A DNA stretch of 64,000 nt. It comes from Eledone cirrhosa. Lineage: Eukaryota. Each line of letters starts with the position of its first letter. Position 1 is the stretch's first letter. Position numbers and translations under genes: made by a program. Below are positions 39,732 to 54,251 of the stretch, piece after piece. The DNA lies in the NCBI GenBank assembly GCA_964016885.1, contig OZ024742.1:248062001-248126000 (forward strand), given 5' to 3'. The notes under the pieces are model-generated. The model did not search any database. It saw only the letters and a list, made by a program, of their open reading frames with translations, and was not told where the DNA came from.

Positions 39732-39872
39732 TAGAGTTGTGCAAAAATGGAGGATTTTACAGTATTGTATTCATTGTATAGTGATGTTAATCTACATTTT
39801 GACTTCTCCACCTTCCACTACAATCTCCACCACAAACACCATCATCTCTACCTTCATCAACACTAACACACA
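39533..39872. repeat. Inverted repeat (arms about 140 bp) with a (TA)n spacer
   Basis: gatgaaggtagagatgatggtg..acaactctag versus ctagagttgtg..caccatcatctctaccttcatc. Confidence 0.9.
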
Positions 39873-40723
39873 CCACTAGAAAACCGCCACCCTAACCTCA
39901 CCAGTAATCCAACCGCCTTTCCAACAACCAAATCCTTCTCCTTAACATCTTTATTATTCCACATCTGTTGGAAACATCGATACTGTTAAACATTCCTCAC
40001 TCCCTGAGAGATGAAGTAATGCGAGGTGTGATGTGGGCGGAAATTGGTATGTTGATTTCATTAAAACGTCATATATAACATGTGTTTATTTGAAGAGAGG
40101 TCTTATGATATATGCGATTACAGGTACCACTAACGCAGGATGATGCATAGTAAAGATTTGTATATGGTTCGATTTACGCCCTTTATATGGTTCTATATAT
40201 GCCCTATATAAGGCTTTGTTAGTCATATCGTTACTTAGTAATCAGTTAAGCTTACATTGTATATATGTAAATATGCTGTCAATAAAAATAGTATATATAT
40301 ACAAGACCTCTAAGGCTCACAAATCTTCCACGTACTTTATCCACAAAACGTTTGTTGTAGATGAAGAAAAACCCTGAAATATATGTACATATCATGTTTA
40401 CTTTAGCTATGATATAAAAACAAGTTAAAATATGTTTTACATTTCTATATACACACTTATTGTGTGCGAATGTGAGGGTAAATATTAGTATTATATATAT
40501 GTGATGTAAAGCACGTGATCATATATGTACGCAATAAGCTGGGATGAAATAATACTTATTTGTAACATACAATTACCAATAATTGCAAATATGACATATA
40601 TTTACGATCTCATGGCTGGTAATAAATGGAAACTTGAAACTACGACTAATGTGCTTGATGATTCAGATTCAATGAAATATTTCTAAATCTATATTTATAT
40701 CTACATCTATATCTATCTGTATG

Positions 40724-40830
<107 letters not shown>

Positions 40831-40876
40831 AAAGAATGAAGAATAAAATAGTCGGCTGTACAATAGGGTTTATTTA

Positions 40877-40989
40877 CCGTATAAACAATTGTTTCTTTAA
40901 TCAGGTGATTCTAAAAGCCGCTGATCGTTAGAAGTTACGGCACTCTACCTTAATTACAGTCCATACCTGACCAAATCGTCAGAATACTG
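40877..40989 (-). ncRNA. Hammerhead ribozyme with 80-nt stem II domain
   Basis: CAGTATT-CTGACGA-TTTGGTCAGGT..ACCTGATTAAA-GAAA-CAATTG-TT-TATACGG. The basal stem II is 11 bp. Confidence 0.65.
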
Positions 40990-41245
40990 ATGCGTATATG
41001 ACACAGGGCACTGGTATTTATAGATACACGGGAGGATAACATAAATGAAAACAAAAATAATAATAATTCATTCTTCATTCTTTTGCTATTATTACTCCAA
41101 GAACCGCCTGCCTAGGAACTTTCTTAAACTGGTCACCCGACTAATGAAACGTTTGTTGAGTCAAACAACGCCATTCGTTAAAACTATCCCCGACACAGCG
41201 TACTCATAACCTCTAGCTGGATTACCTTAAACGATACCTTCTTAT

Positions 41246-41290
<45 letters not shown>

Positions 41291-42531
41291 TGTTATATTG
41301 TTTAGGGATGGTGATTTTGCCAACATTGTCAATAAAAAAGCACAAGCACTATTTGATTTCCACATTGGTTTCTTATAAGTTATTATTTGCATCTTTATCT
41401 TACGTAATTCTCAAATTTCTTTCGTCACCTATGCTGTGACCTCTTCAAAGACACAGACAGATAGGGAGGGGGGGACGAACTTTGAAGCGAAGATTTACCT
41501 GACTTGACACTTGGAAATGGAACACAGAAAAGCACACAGTTTATATTCTGGGTTTTATATAAAATGTTATGCGCTGTCAAACCCCATCTAATAGGGCAAA
41601 CTGCAAACAGCAACATGCCCTCTTTATTTCAAACAAGAAATCTGGAGCAAATCCTAAGCAATTGCAGTAACAATGAGAAATGTGATCGGTGATAAGAGAT
41701 AGCAACTTTACATATTCTACACCAAGGAATATCATGTTTGTGTTAAGAGGGAAGACCCAAGAATTAATCAGGTGTCTTGTTTATTGAAGCACAAGATTAG
41801 GTGATGAGGATTGGCTTGGAGAGACAATTGAAAATCTTTGTTAAGATCGGACATCTTGGCTCATCAGGGATGAAAACAGGCTTTTCATTGGGAGAGGAAT
41901 GTTGCTTGGGAGAGCAGGATGGAGAAGAGCATGGAGGAGAAGGGAGGAAAGAACCAGTAGTTGGTGGTGGGCTGCCTCAAGACTGGCTAGAGGGACTGTT
42001 GCAAATTAGTGAAGATTAGCAGCTCCTTCCTTTATCAAAGCCAAATAATGCTGTTTATTAAGGGAGCAAGATGGAAAGCCACAAAGAAAGAGGAGATGCT
42101 GCATGGTTATGGTGGTAAAGAGGTGACCGTGGTATCAATAATTATGTATATCACTTGGACATAGATTAGGAATTGATAATCATCGAATGGGTCACCTGGA
42201 TTGGGGAGTATGTTTAATATGCCAAAACACCCCAGAATTCCAGGATCCAGATGTGGTGCTTTGCCAAACATCTGGAGATGTGTGAAGAAGAATATTAAGA
42301 TTTTGATTTATATCTGCATTAGCAACTGTTTCAGGACATAAACACGTCTCTACCATCTGTCCCTTCCAGCTTTCTAATATTTCATTTTCCTTCCGATGAA
42401 GGACTAGCGTCCGAAACGTTAGGACCCTCTTACTGTTATTTCAAGCGTTAAACTAATATATTCCTTTCATATACTGTACCGATTGTGTTGTTATTTTTGT
42501 TTACCTTTTACACACACACATACACACACAC

Positions 42532-42571
<40 letters not shown>

Positions 42572-43158
42572 CGAAGGAGGTGTGTTAAGGAACCAGATGG
42601 ACCCTAACGCACCAGAGTACAGAAAGCTTTTCGACGGCTATTTCAGAAATAGCCGTCGAAACGGCTTGAGCTCTGCCGTTGGGGTTAAACATTTTCCTAT
42701 ATATATATATACGGAAATGAATTTGTTTTGCAAGGTTTTTGATATTAAATCATGTATTGAAACAAGTGTTGTTATATTTGGGGAGGGCCATATTGTTATA
42801 ATGCTCCCAGAAATATATAATAAAATTCACTCACTTTTGGTTTGGAGTCGTTTTGCTTCCGTATATTTTATATCCCTATAGTTAATTTAGCAGGCAATCA
42901 ATGTTTATCATTGATTGACCAACATTTAGAAAAAAAAAAATAAATAGAAATAATTATATATATATATATAATCTATCAAGCTTCTTTCAGCACACACCTG
43001 TGACATCATCAGTGGTATAGTTATGGATCCTCCTGTTGTTTTGTAATGTCTATTAAAGCAAAAATCAATCCAAACCAAACAGTGAGTGGGGTTTATTATA
43101 TATTTCTGGCAATATTATAAAAATATGACCCCACCCACCCAAATATAACAATGCATAC

Positions 43159-43201
<43 letters not shown>

Positions 43202-43367
43202 TTTCCTAACACTATATATGTATATAGTGAAGGGTCTTAATGTGTTGATGTGTAAGTTATTATTTTATAAATTTGAGTTATATCAAAGCGATATACAACA
43301 CACAAATCTCATATAAATATACACACCTCACACACAGACCCGTATACACACACTGAGCCACACATGA

Positions 43368-43523
<156 letters not shown>

Positions 43524-43584
43524 GTGTGTATATGTATATATATTTATATATATATATATATATATACACATATATATATATATA

Positions 43585-43631
<47 letters not shown>

Positions 43632-43664
43632 CTACATATATATATATATATATATGTGTGTGTA

Positions 43665-43723
<59 letters not shown>

Positions 43724-44380
43724 ATATATCCACATATATATAGATATATATACAAGTATATAAATATATGTGTGTGGGGGGAATATATGTGTGTATGTAT
43801 ATATGTATGTACGTACGTATGTATGTATGTATGTATGTATGAGATGGTATGTATGTATATATGTGGGTAGGTCGGTAGGTAGGTAGATATGTAGACTTTA
43901 TTACCGAGACAAATGTGGAATTAACCATTCGGAGAACAATTGCACAGTCTATTTGAAATCTTTTACAGAAATATTTTACACATTATTCATGTTACTACAT
44001 ATGTTACCTGACTGACACCATGTATTGTCGTACTATTTTCTTTTTCTTTCTTCTCATACTTCGATTAAAACCAATCTTTTTGATCGTCTGTTAATCGAAT
44101 CGTCATTGCATCTAACAAACTGGCTGCACATTAACTTGACATATGATATTAAGAAGTTATATTTCATATAATTTTCATAATTTAAGAAGAAATGTTATTT
44201 TTATATATACAATTTCCTTTAATACGGCTTCTTTCTTTTCTTCTTGCTTTCATATCTCTTGTCCACTTTTCCCCAATAACTATTAATCATTTTAATAGAA
44301 ATATGTGTCGAAACAGATTTTCTCTGCTGTATATGTATGCTCACGCCTGCATATTTGAAGATAGATATATGTTATATGTA

Positions 44381-44540
<160 letters not shown>

Positions 44541-44624
44541 AATTTATATTTATATTTGTATATATATACAAAAATATAAAAATATATATGTATATATATA
44601 AATATATACATATATGCAGATACA

Positions 44625-44664
<40 letters not shown>

Positions 44665-45095
44665 TATATATATATATGCATATATATATATATATATATA
44701 TGCATGTGTATGTGTGTGTGTGTACGTGTGTGTACATGTGCATCTGCATAAATAACTATCTCTATATATTTATTTGTGAGTACATGTATAGGTATACACT
44801 CACACACACTCACACATATGTATATATATTTATGTGTGTGTGTGTGTATACATATATATACACGTACGTGAATATGTATGCATGTATGCATACTTATGAG
44901 TATGTTAGTAAAATATATATGTGAAGATATACAGGTGGCATGTGTAAATCAATACTTCTGATATGCTCATTAATACATATGTGAATATATCTTTCCTCTA
45001 TATGAATTCGTGCATTTGTATGTGTTATTGAGTGTATTTGTGGATTTCTATGTGTTATTGAATGTCTTCGTGCGTAATATATATACATATATATT

Positions 45096-45219
<124 letters not shown>

Positions 45220-45253
45220 TGTTAATAAAATAGATGTTCTTTTGATCAATTAC

Positions 45254-45307
45254 ATTTTATTATACATATTTCGGATGTACAACAGTACGTCCTCATCAGG
45301 CAAAATA
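45254..45307 (-). ncRNA. Hammerhead ribozyme family A, in inverted repeat about 45213-45420
   Basis: ATTTTGC-CTGATGA-GGACGTAC-TGTT-GTACATCC-GAAA-TATGTA-TA-ATAAAAT. Confidence 0.7.
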
Positions 45308-45518
45308 TAATGATACATGACATACCCTGAGATGTTAAATGGTTAAGATGTAATCAATCCGAAATATGTATAATAAAATGTTATTGATCAAAAGAACATC
45401 TATTTTATTAATACTTATATTAATAACTCCTGAAAATTACTTTTCGTTGAGTGCTTCCAATCTACTGTAGAAATCATTCTTTGACATAATTCATTGAATA
45501 TTGTTTAATAATTTAATA

Positions 45519-45572
<54 letters not shown>

Positions 45573-45599
45573 TAGTTACACAACAGTTAGCTCACCATA

Positions 45600-45639
45600 C
45601 CGAGAACAATTGTTTCACCTTAGCGGATTTTCAGCTCGG
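45600..45639 (-). ncRNA. Second copy of the CUGAAAA-core hammerhead-like motif (solo pLTR in (TA)n)
   Basis: CCGAG-CTGAAAA-TCCGCTAAGGT-GAAA-CAATTG-TT-CTCGG. Confidence 0.6.
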
Positions 45640-45670
45640 GATGGGCATGGTTATAGGAACGAGAAGGACA

Positions 45671-45708
<38 letters not shown>

Positions 45709-45712
<4 letters not shown>

Positions 45713-46228
45713 TTAATATAGATGAGATTCTACAGGACTAGAACTCTTTCATTCTTTAGAAATCATCAGGAATCTGTGTATCAAAAAATAAGTATGGTAT
45801 TTATAGGTCTCTTCAGGTGGTAGGAGAGGGTAGGGAGTGGGATGGGTGTAGGTCATTGGTTGATAGAAAAGGGAATTCATTAAAAGCTAATTCTTCAAAG
45901 CTATAGTTTATTTTTAGAGTAACAAAGGCAGAAAGAATTAAGTTTCTCGAGAAACTTAAAAATAAGGAGTGGCACCCCATTCCGAACTTGTTTATAGAAT
46001 TCTTTCTGCCTTTGTTACTCTAAAAATAAACTATAGCTTTGAAGAATTATCTTTTAATGAATTCCCTTTTCTATCAACCAATGACCTACACCCATCCCAC
46101 TCCCTACCCTCTCCTACCACCCGAAGAGACCTATAAATACCATACTTATTTTTTGATACCCAGATTCCTGATGATTTCTAAAGAATGAAACAGTTCTAGT
46201 CCTGTAGAATCTCATCTATATTAAAACT
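45709..46228. repeat. Near-perfect inverted-repeat element (arms about 230 bp) with one HHR per arm (45725-45775 minus, 46162-46212 plus)
   Basis: AGATTC-CTGATGA-TTTCTAAAGAAT-GAAA-CAG-TTCTAGTC-CTG-TA-GAATCT. Truncated copy at about 48035-48135. Confidence 0.85.
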
Positions 46229-46453
46229 TTTATACTCTGCAATGTATTGAGTACCTTACTTACTGTGGTTACCTCCGACTCAACACGGAATAACGTATAT
46301 ATATATATATATATATATTAGAAAGTGAGTTTTTTTTACAAAATGAAAAATAACCGAGGTGTCCTATACGAGTGAAAGTATAAAGAAAAAAATATGAAAT
46401 CGAAAATGCAACTGAAGTCTTATTTTAAAATATATATATATATTTATTTGGTT

Positions 46454-46491
46454 CCTTTACCGGTTTCGCAGTTCTTCTGCTTTTCAAAAGT
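46454..46491 (-). ncRNA. U3-A8 minimal hammerhead, solo pLTR of the Neptune-like family
   Basis: CTT-TTGAAAA-GCAG-AAGAA-CTGC-GAAA-CCGG-TA-AAG. Confidence 0.7.
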
Positions 46492-46741
46492 AGAGTTGAG
46501 ATGGAGGGTCTTTGATTTTTCTCACATCTGGTTGGTCTTTGAATGTTACTTGTTTTATATGGAAAAAAAGTGGCTCGAAACGCCAGGTTTTTAGAGAAGT
46601 AATTTGATTGTTTGGTCAATAAGTATAATAAATTTCGCGCCAGTTCGCGTTCCAAAGTCCTTCGAGGGGGTGGGGGTGGGGGGTGGGGGTCTCAGGCTGT
46701 TTTTTTCATATATGAGTATTTGAATTACTTTTTACTTAAAA

Positions 46742-46789
<48 letters not shown>

Positions 46790-46865
46790 CGAAGGAAATG
46801 TGGTAAGGAACCATATGGACCATAACGCACCAAAGTACTCAATACTCAGGGTAGTAGAGTGGGTA

Positions 46866-47680
46866 ATAGGAACAAGTATGACTCTGACGCCAGAGCTCAA
46901 GCCGTTTCGACTGCTAATTCTGGACTAAATAAGAATTTTTAGCCTGGTAAATAAGTAGCCGAACTTCTCAGGGGGTAATTCCTTATATGGGAAGATAGTA
47001 ATTGTCAAAAGGATTGGTCAAAAATTTGTTGTAAAGACAGATGAATCTATCATGGCATTTTGTGGGTGGTAGCGGTGGTTGAGCTTGCAGGTAGAACAAA
47101 GAGGGAGTGTGGGAAACCCAGTCAAGCGTTGAAAGTGAAATCTATACAGCTGATTCTAAGGATAGTATATAGAAGGTCGAAAAAATGTGTACTGAAGAAG
47201 GATCTGGGGGGGGGGGGTGAAAGAATAGGTAAATCGAAAGGGAGTAACCAGAAATTGTTTTTTATATATTTATTTCCTTATTTTTATAATGTTTGTTTAT
47301 GTTTACTCCCTTTCGATTTACCTATTCTTTCAACTTCCCCCCTCCCCTTCTCCATTACACTTTTTTCGACCTTCTATATACTATCCTTAGAATCAGCTGT
47401 ATAGATTTCACTTTCAACGCTTGACTGGGTTTCCCACATTCCCTCTTTGCTCTACCGGCAAGTTCATCCACACCTACCTCCCACAAAATGCTATGATAGA
47501 ATCATCTGTCGTTACAACACATTTTTGACCAATCCTTTTGACAATTACTATCTTCCCATATAAGGAATTACCCCCTGAGAAGTTCGGCTATTTATTTACC
47601 AGGCTAAACATTCTTATTTAGTCCAGAATTAGCCGTCGAAACGGCTTGAGCTCTGCCGTCAGGGTCATACTTGTTTCTAT
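46866..47680. repeat. Large inverted-repeat element (arms about 380 bp, spacer about 55 bp), family D, with an HHR-like motif per arm (46881-46976 minus, 47570-47665 plus)
   Basis: ACCCC-CTGAGAA-GTT-CGGCTA..TAGCCG-TC-GAAA-CGGC-TTGAGCTCT-GCCG-TC-AGGGT. Confidence 0.85.
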
Positions 47681-47715
47681 ATATACATATATATATATAT
47701 ATATATGAACAAAAA

Positions 47716-47758
<43 letters not shown>

Positions 47759-47798
47759 TGCACTATCCACAAGTGTTTTTAACCTTCATATCATGTCC

Positions 47799-47869
47799 TA
47801 TTTTATCTGATGAAAACACAAATGTTATTGCATGATGATATTTGTTTTTGAAATGCGCATAATAAAATA
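47799..47869 (+). ncRNA. Hammerhead ribozyme, family A-related, all stems intact
   Basis: TATTTTAT-CTGATGA-AAAC-ACAAATGTTATT-GCAT-GATGATATTTGT-TTTT-GAAA-TGCGCA-TA-ATAAAATA. Confidence 0.8.
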
Positions 47870-47899
47870 CATGGAACTCATTTAACCATCTTTTGATCT

Positions 47900-47980
<81 letters not shown>

Positions 47981-47981
47981 C

Positions 47982-48036
<55 letters not shown>

Positions 48037-48169
48037 AAATTCTACAGGACTAGAACTGTTTCATTCGTGAGACTCTGCTATGTATTGAGTACCTTACTTA
48101 CCGTGATTTTCTCCGATTCAACCTGGAATAACTTACCTTATATATATATATATATAATAAGGAACTGGG

Positions 48170-48480
48170 TAAAGACCTCCTCCCCTCTCTATTGACTATG
48201 GGTTTCACATCTAAATATCTCTCCACCGAAGCACAAACCCCTGGTCCCGCATGCATGCCTATCTTCCCTCGCCACGGAACAGATGTTGTACAAGCTAAAA
48301 GCAGAGAACGATACAGCTTGGCACCAGTAGAGTCGTAACTCATTTATAGATCTAAGTGGACTGGACAAATATGAACACACTTGTCTTTCTCAAGGACAGA
48401 ACACACCACCCGGTCCGCCTTTGGACCAATCAACCACACGATTGCGATTCCTTCTCTCTGACCACTAAGCTTAAGACTTT
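48170..48480 (-). mobile_element. Probable tRNA-derived SINE of a second family
   Basis: Minus strand has an A-box-like agcttagtggtcagag followed by the CORE-like gtccttgagaaagac. Confidence 0.4.
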
Positions 48481-49427
48481 AGACTGGCACCACACCACAT
48501 ATATACGCACACATGTATATACTTACCTTAAATATTGACGTTAAATATCTTCGAATCTATATAATTCTTATTCAAGTACACATTAGTATACGAAGTGGAA
48601 CATTCACTTGGTCGAACATCTAATTCCTCCTCGTCGAAACCTACGAAGGACCATGATATTTGCAGAAAAGACTGGTTTGTTACATGTCAGATGGATAAGG
48701 ATTGGCTTGGTCATGAACAAGAATATATGGAATAAAACATTCAACACTTCATTCAAGATATATTGGTGTCCCGCTCTTTATATATTTTCGTGAAGAGGAG
48801 GTTTAGTGTCCGTGACACATTTTAGGGCTTTCAAATACAGCAACAACACAAACATGGAAAACAACAACATTATTCTACACGATTCATAGTAAAAAGATGT
48901 CAAGAACAATATAAAAATTATCAAGAAAATGAGTTAAATCTATTAAGAACGAAAACAATAAAAATAACAACCATAAGAATAATCATAAGTATAAAAACAA
49001 CAAAAACATCAGCAACCGCCACAACAATAATAAGAACAACAGTAGCAGAAACAATAGCAACATCAATAGGAACAATTATCACTACAGTATGCCCAACAAC
49101 AAGATCAGCAACAACAACATATAAGACATGAAGTACAAGAGAATTGACATGAAAGAAAATGGTACAAAGTGCTGGTCACGTCAGTTGTAAAAACGAGATT
49201 CTCATGTGAATGAAATAACCACGTCTTCAACTTCATCTTCATCATCATAGTCGGCATCATCATCATCATCTTCATCGTCACCACACAACTTCAACCATCA
49301 TCAACAACATTACCGTCGTCGTCCACATCATCACCGTCGCCATTATCATCACTATGATAATGATCATCATTAACATCATCTTCTGAGAATGTAAGAAAGT
49401 AGAATATAACGTTATCGCCAAAACATG

Positions 49428-49473
<46 letters not shown>

Positions 49474-49658
49474 CTTCTTCTTCTTCTTCTTCTTCTTCTT
49501 CTTCTTCTTCTTCTTCTTCTTCTTCTTCTTCTTCTTCTTCTTCTTCTTCTCATAAAAAACTAACGAATTAGAGAATAGATGTAAGGATGTCAGCACGTAT
49601 AATAATACCATATAAAATAGAATACTCTGGCCGCATCCATACGCACACACACACACAC

Positions 49659-49691
<33 letters not shown>

Positions 49692-49824
49692 CATATACAT
49701 ACATATATTTATATATATACGTATATATACACATAAATACATACATATATGTATATACGTATATATACATATAAATACATACGTACATACACATATATAT
49801 ATAGAGAGAGAGATATATATATAC

Positions 49825-49900
<76 letters not shown>

Positions 49901-50119
49901 AGAGAGAGAGGGATACAGGGAGAGAGAGAGAGTGAGAGAGAGGGGGGAAGAGATGTACAACAATCATATATGATATTTTTCATTTTCTCTAGTGTTGGTT
50001 TATTGTCCCCCGAATCCCACATTAACATTGTTAGATTATGGTCGCTCACACGAGCAAGACTAGTTCATGTTTGTTTATTATCATTATTACTATCATTATT
50101 ATTATTAGTATCATTATTA

Positions 50120-50129
<10 letters not shown>

Positions 50130-50202
<73 letters not shown>

Positions 50203-51046
50203 ATCTTAGTTTTTGTTGTTGATGTTGTTTTTATTGTTGTGTTGATCTTGTTTTCAATATTATTTTGTGTTTCTGTTGGGGTCTTTTTCTTGGAAGGGGT
50301 TTCTTTGTTACTTTCTACTTTGTTTATTACTTGTTTAGGTTTTCTATGTTCGATCTATCCTTCATATATAGACACATACATCACATATATAACACGACCA
50401 TTAATATACTAGACTCCCATACATATAACACATACATTATGTACACTCACATCGTATATACTTCATATACGTATACATATCATCCTCCCGCACAACATAG
50501 ACACACTGTTCACATATACAGGTATACACAAATATAATCATCACACACATATGTACATACATGTATACACGCACAAAAATATTCCTTTCCCTCACGAATC
50601 ACGCACAAACATCACACACAAACACACGTACGCAATCACGCACACACATACGCTCGTACAAATTACATATATACACATATACAGATTTCCCGTCGCTCTC
50701 ACACATGACACATAAACACAATATAGATATATGTCTCTCTCTCTCTCTCTCTCTTTCCCTCCCTTTTAGTCTTACTCTCTCGCTCTCTCATTTTCTGTGT
50801 CTCTCAAACAAACACACGATTTCATTTACTCTTTCTCTCACTCACTCACTCTCTCACATTCCCTCTTTGTATTTGTATCATTTGTCGTATAAAGCATTGT
50901 TGTTGCACGAAACTGTCAATATCACTATCCCCATTATCACCATATGTCTGTCTCGATCATGAAAGGCGTTCCAGCTGTGAACATCTCGTTTTTTTATATG
51001 TATAAGTACATTATCCGTGTCATTCGATTCTTATCATAAAAGAGTA
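50130..51046. repeat. Second copy of the 7411-8305 segment
   Basis: Near-identical sequence in the same orientation. Confidence 0.9.
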
Positions 51047-51269
51047 GGGAGGACAGTATCCCCCCCCCCCTATTACTTGCAGTTCTAGTGGCCACAGATT
51101 GGTTCCTTCCTCAACATGTATGTTGTTCAGATAAGAGATGACCTACGTATATCGCTGGGTTTGTATCATGAAAGAGCTAACCTATTCATCGGTATGTAGT
51201 CCGTAACACTTGATTGTGTATTAGAGTCAATATCATGACAAACTGCCTTTCTCGGAGATATTAAGCATT

Positions 51270-51620
51270 ATATATCTTCTCCCTCTCCAGTTCCGTGTTA
51301 ACTACCTATCAATTTGGAGATATCAGTTCTATATCATCAACATATATTTGGTATATAAAACTTGTGGAGCTCCTCCCGCTCAAGTCTCGAACCAACAACA
51401 TATCAGCTTGGGTATCTTGAACACTGTGTAACCCCACTCACTCCAGTTCTGTATCAATAACATATCATATTGGGGAAAGAAAACATTGTGGTACCCACCC
51501 CGTTTCAGAGCTGTATTAGCAACATATCATGTTGAGCATATTGAACATTGTATCACTAGTTCTGTATCAACTACATATCGTATCGAGCATATTAAACATT
51601 GTATCCACTACATATCATCA
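51270..51620 (+). repeat. Degenerate minisatellite, unit about 60 bp
   Basis: Recurrent agttctgtatcaacaacatatca..ttg..tat..aacattgt. Confidence 0.6.
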
Positions 51621-53043
51621 ATAATATTAATATCAATATTAATTTGAAAAGAAAAGGTTAAGTTTTCTTAGCATGTCGGTCTCTTATTTGAAGTGTGTCA
51701 GTCGTAGAGCGTTGGTGCGTTAGTGGGTGACACACTTGGTACAACTACGATATAAAATGAAATGATTGTTGGAGATGTTTCAGACGAAAATTCAAATATA
51801 TCTGTTACATAAAACCATATTGTTATGGTTTTATGAACTGTAATGCTCGTAAAGAAGGTGCTCGAAATTTAGGCCGATGAGAGAATCCCAATGACAGTTG
51901 GTTGTTAGGAATAGCATAAGTGTCGTCTCGCTAACGAGCTGAAGAAAAGGATACGTAGTCTGTGATATAGAAATTATAACATAAACAATGCAACAGCGAC
52001 AACAACATCAACAATTACAACAACAAACACAGCAACAGCACCAACAATCGCAATAACAACACCAACAACAATAACAGCAACATCAACATCAACAACAATT
52101 ACAACAACAACCACAGCAACAGCACCAACAATCGCAATAACAACACCAACAACAAAAAAACTATAACATCTACAGCAACAACAACCAGAACAACAGCAAC
52201 AAAAATAGCAACATCAGAAAACAGCAACATCAACACCAAGAATAGAAACAACAAATATAACAACAACAAGAACAACAAGAAGAACAACAACAACAATAAT
52301 AACCTCAACAAGAGCGATTCGAATGACAGAATCGTTAAAGTCTCAGAGCAAATGCTTCGCTTGAGTTGTTCTGGCACTTTATACATTCAAAGCCTGACTT
52401 TATAAATTCAAATTGCCGTATATCATTCTGGAGACGACCAAAAATAATTTCAGTACAGTACTGGGCTCGATACAATCACATTCCCTCTCCTGATAAATTA
52501 CCGGCCTTGTGCCCAAAGAAGAAATCATTATTTGCCGTATAGCCATCATCGGACCACAAGTGTTTGTATTAATAGGCGTAGTAACAATATAATAGCAAAT
52601 GTGCTTAGTTACCGACAGACTGTATGTAATATTTACAGATCTTAGAAAAGAAAAACACAGCTAAAACTATTTATGTTTCATTGGAAGTAAGTTGACATAA
52701 TATATATTTATATATTTACATATTCACATTGATATTTGTTTACTGTGAATACCGAACGGAATCGTAAGATCTAAAGACGAAATCAATTTATTTCGTTTTC
52801 TGTATATTACACCAGAGCTTTACTCTGAAAATAATATTCAGAGTAACTTCACTATTTCATTCTTGTGGTCATATATTTTTTGTTATCTGCATTTCTGTTT
52901 TTGTTCCTCTCGTTTCTGTCTTTATATACAGTAAAGTGTCAAAGAAAATTTTACATCCCTTAACGACCATTTCTGTGAATGAGAAACTTTTAAAATATGA
53001 GAAGATAGCCATGTATTTGTGTGTGATTATTGATGTGAACAAA

Positions 53044-53107
<64 letters not shown>

Positions 53108-53140
53108 TATAATATATACATATATATGTATATATACATA

Positions 53141-53215
<75 letters not shown>

Positions 53216-53227
53216 TATAATATATAC

Positions 53228-53265
<38 letters not shown>

Positions 53266-53300
53266 CATATAATATATACATATATATGTATATATACATA

Positions 53301-53337
<37 letters not shown>

Positions 53338-53349
53338 TATAATATATAC

Positions 53350-53439
<90 letters not shown>

Positions 53440-53445
53440 GTATAT

Positions 53446-53510
<65 letters not shown>

Positions 53511-53511
53511 G

Positions 53512-53543
<32 letters not shown>

Positions 53544-53584
53544 TTATATATATATTTATATATATATATATATACATCTATAAT

Positions 53585-53616
<32 letters not shown>

Positions 53617-53980
53617 CATAGTGAGTAAGAGAGAGAAGGAGAGCAAGAGATCGAGAGAGAGAGAGTGTGAGTGAGAGAGAGAGAGAAAAAGAGAGAGAGA
53701 GCCAGATAGAGAGAGAGAGATTGCGTTTTAATCTAGTATAATATATAGTGGTGTTCAGTTGCTTGTGAGTGTCTGGCCCTGTAGTGTCATCATGTAGTCG
53801 AGGATGACTGTGGATATATATAATATTACTACTCTGTCCGATTTATTGGCAGTACTGTAATGCTGTCTAGGAACTCAGAATATGTATATATATATATATA
53901 AATATTCACTATCCAAACGGAACCCGAACCTGTAAGGTCTAGTTTTCTGAGGTATGTCACTATTTATGAAACAAATTTTG

Positions 53981-54042
53981 TATTTTATCTGATGAGAGCG
54001 TACCAAAGTTTTTGGTACCCTTGAAATATATATAATAAAATA
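53981..54042 (+). ncRNA. Hammerhead ribozyme family A, all stems intact
   Basis: TATTTTAT-CTGATGA-GAG-C-GTACCAAA-GTT-TTTGGTAC-C-CTT-GAAA-TATATA-TA-ATAAAATA. Confidence 0.8.
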
Positions 54043-54251
54043 AATATGGTTTTATAAATATAGTTTCCATTTATTAATATCATTGATATAAATATTCACA
54101 TATAAGTTAAGGGCCGAAATATGTGTATGAGAGGGATTTCTTCCCCGAAGCCCTTTTAGATAGAAAGAAAGAAAGACAGCTAGCTAGCTAGATAGATAGA
54201 TAGATAGATATATAGATAGATAGATAGATAGGTAGATAGAATAGATAGATA

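Noticed and set aside
41420-42360. Complex purine-rich stretch, possibly an ancient LINE on the minus strand
   Set aside because: No unambiguous RT or endonuclease motif could be read, so it is left unannotated.
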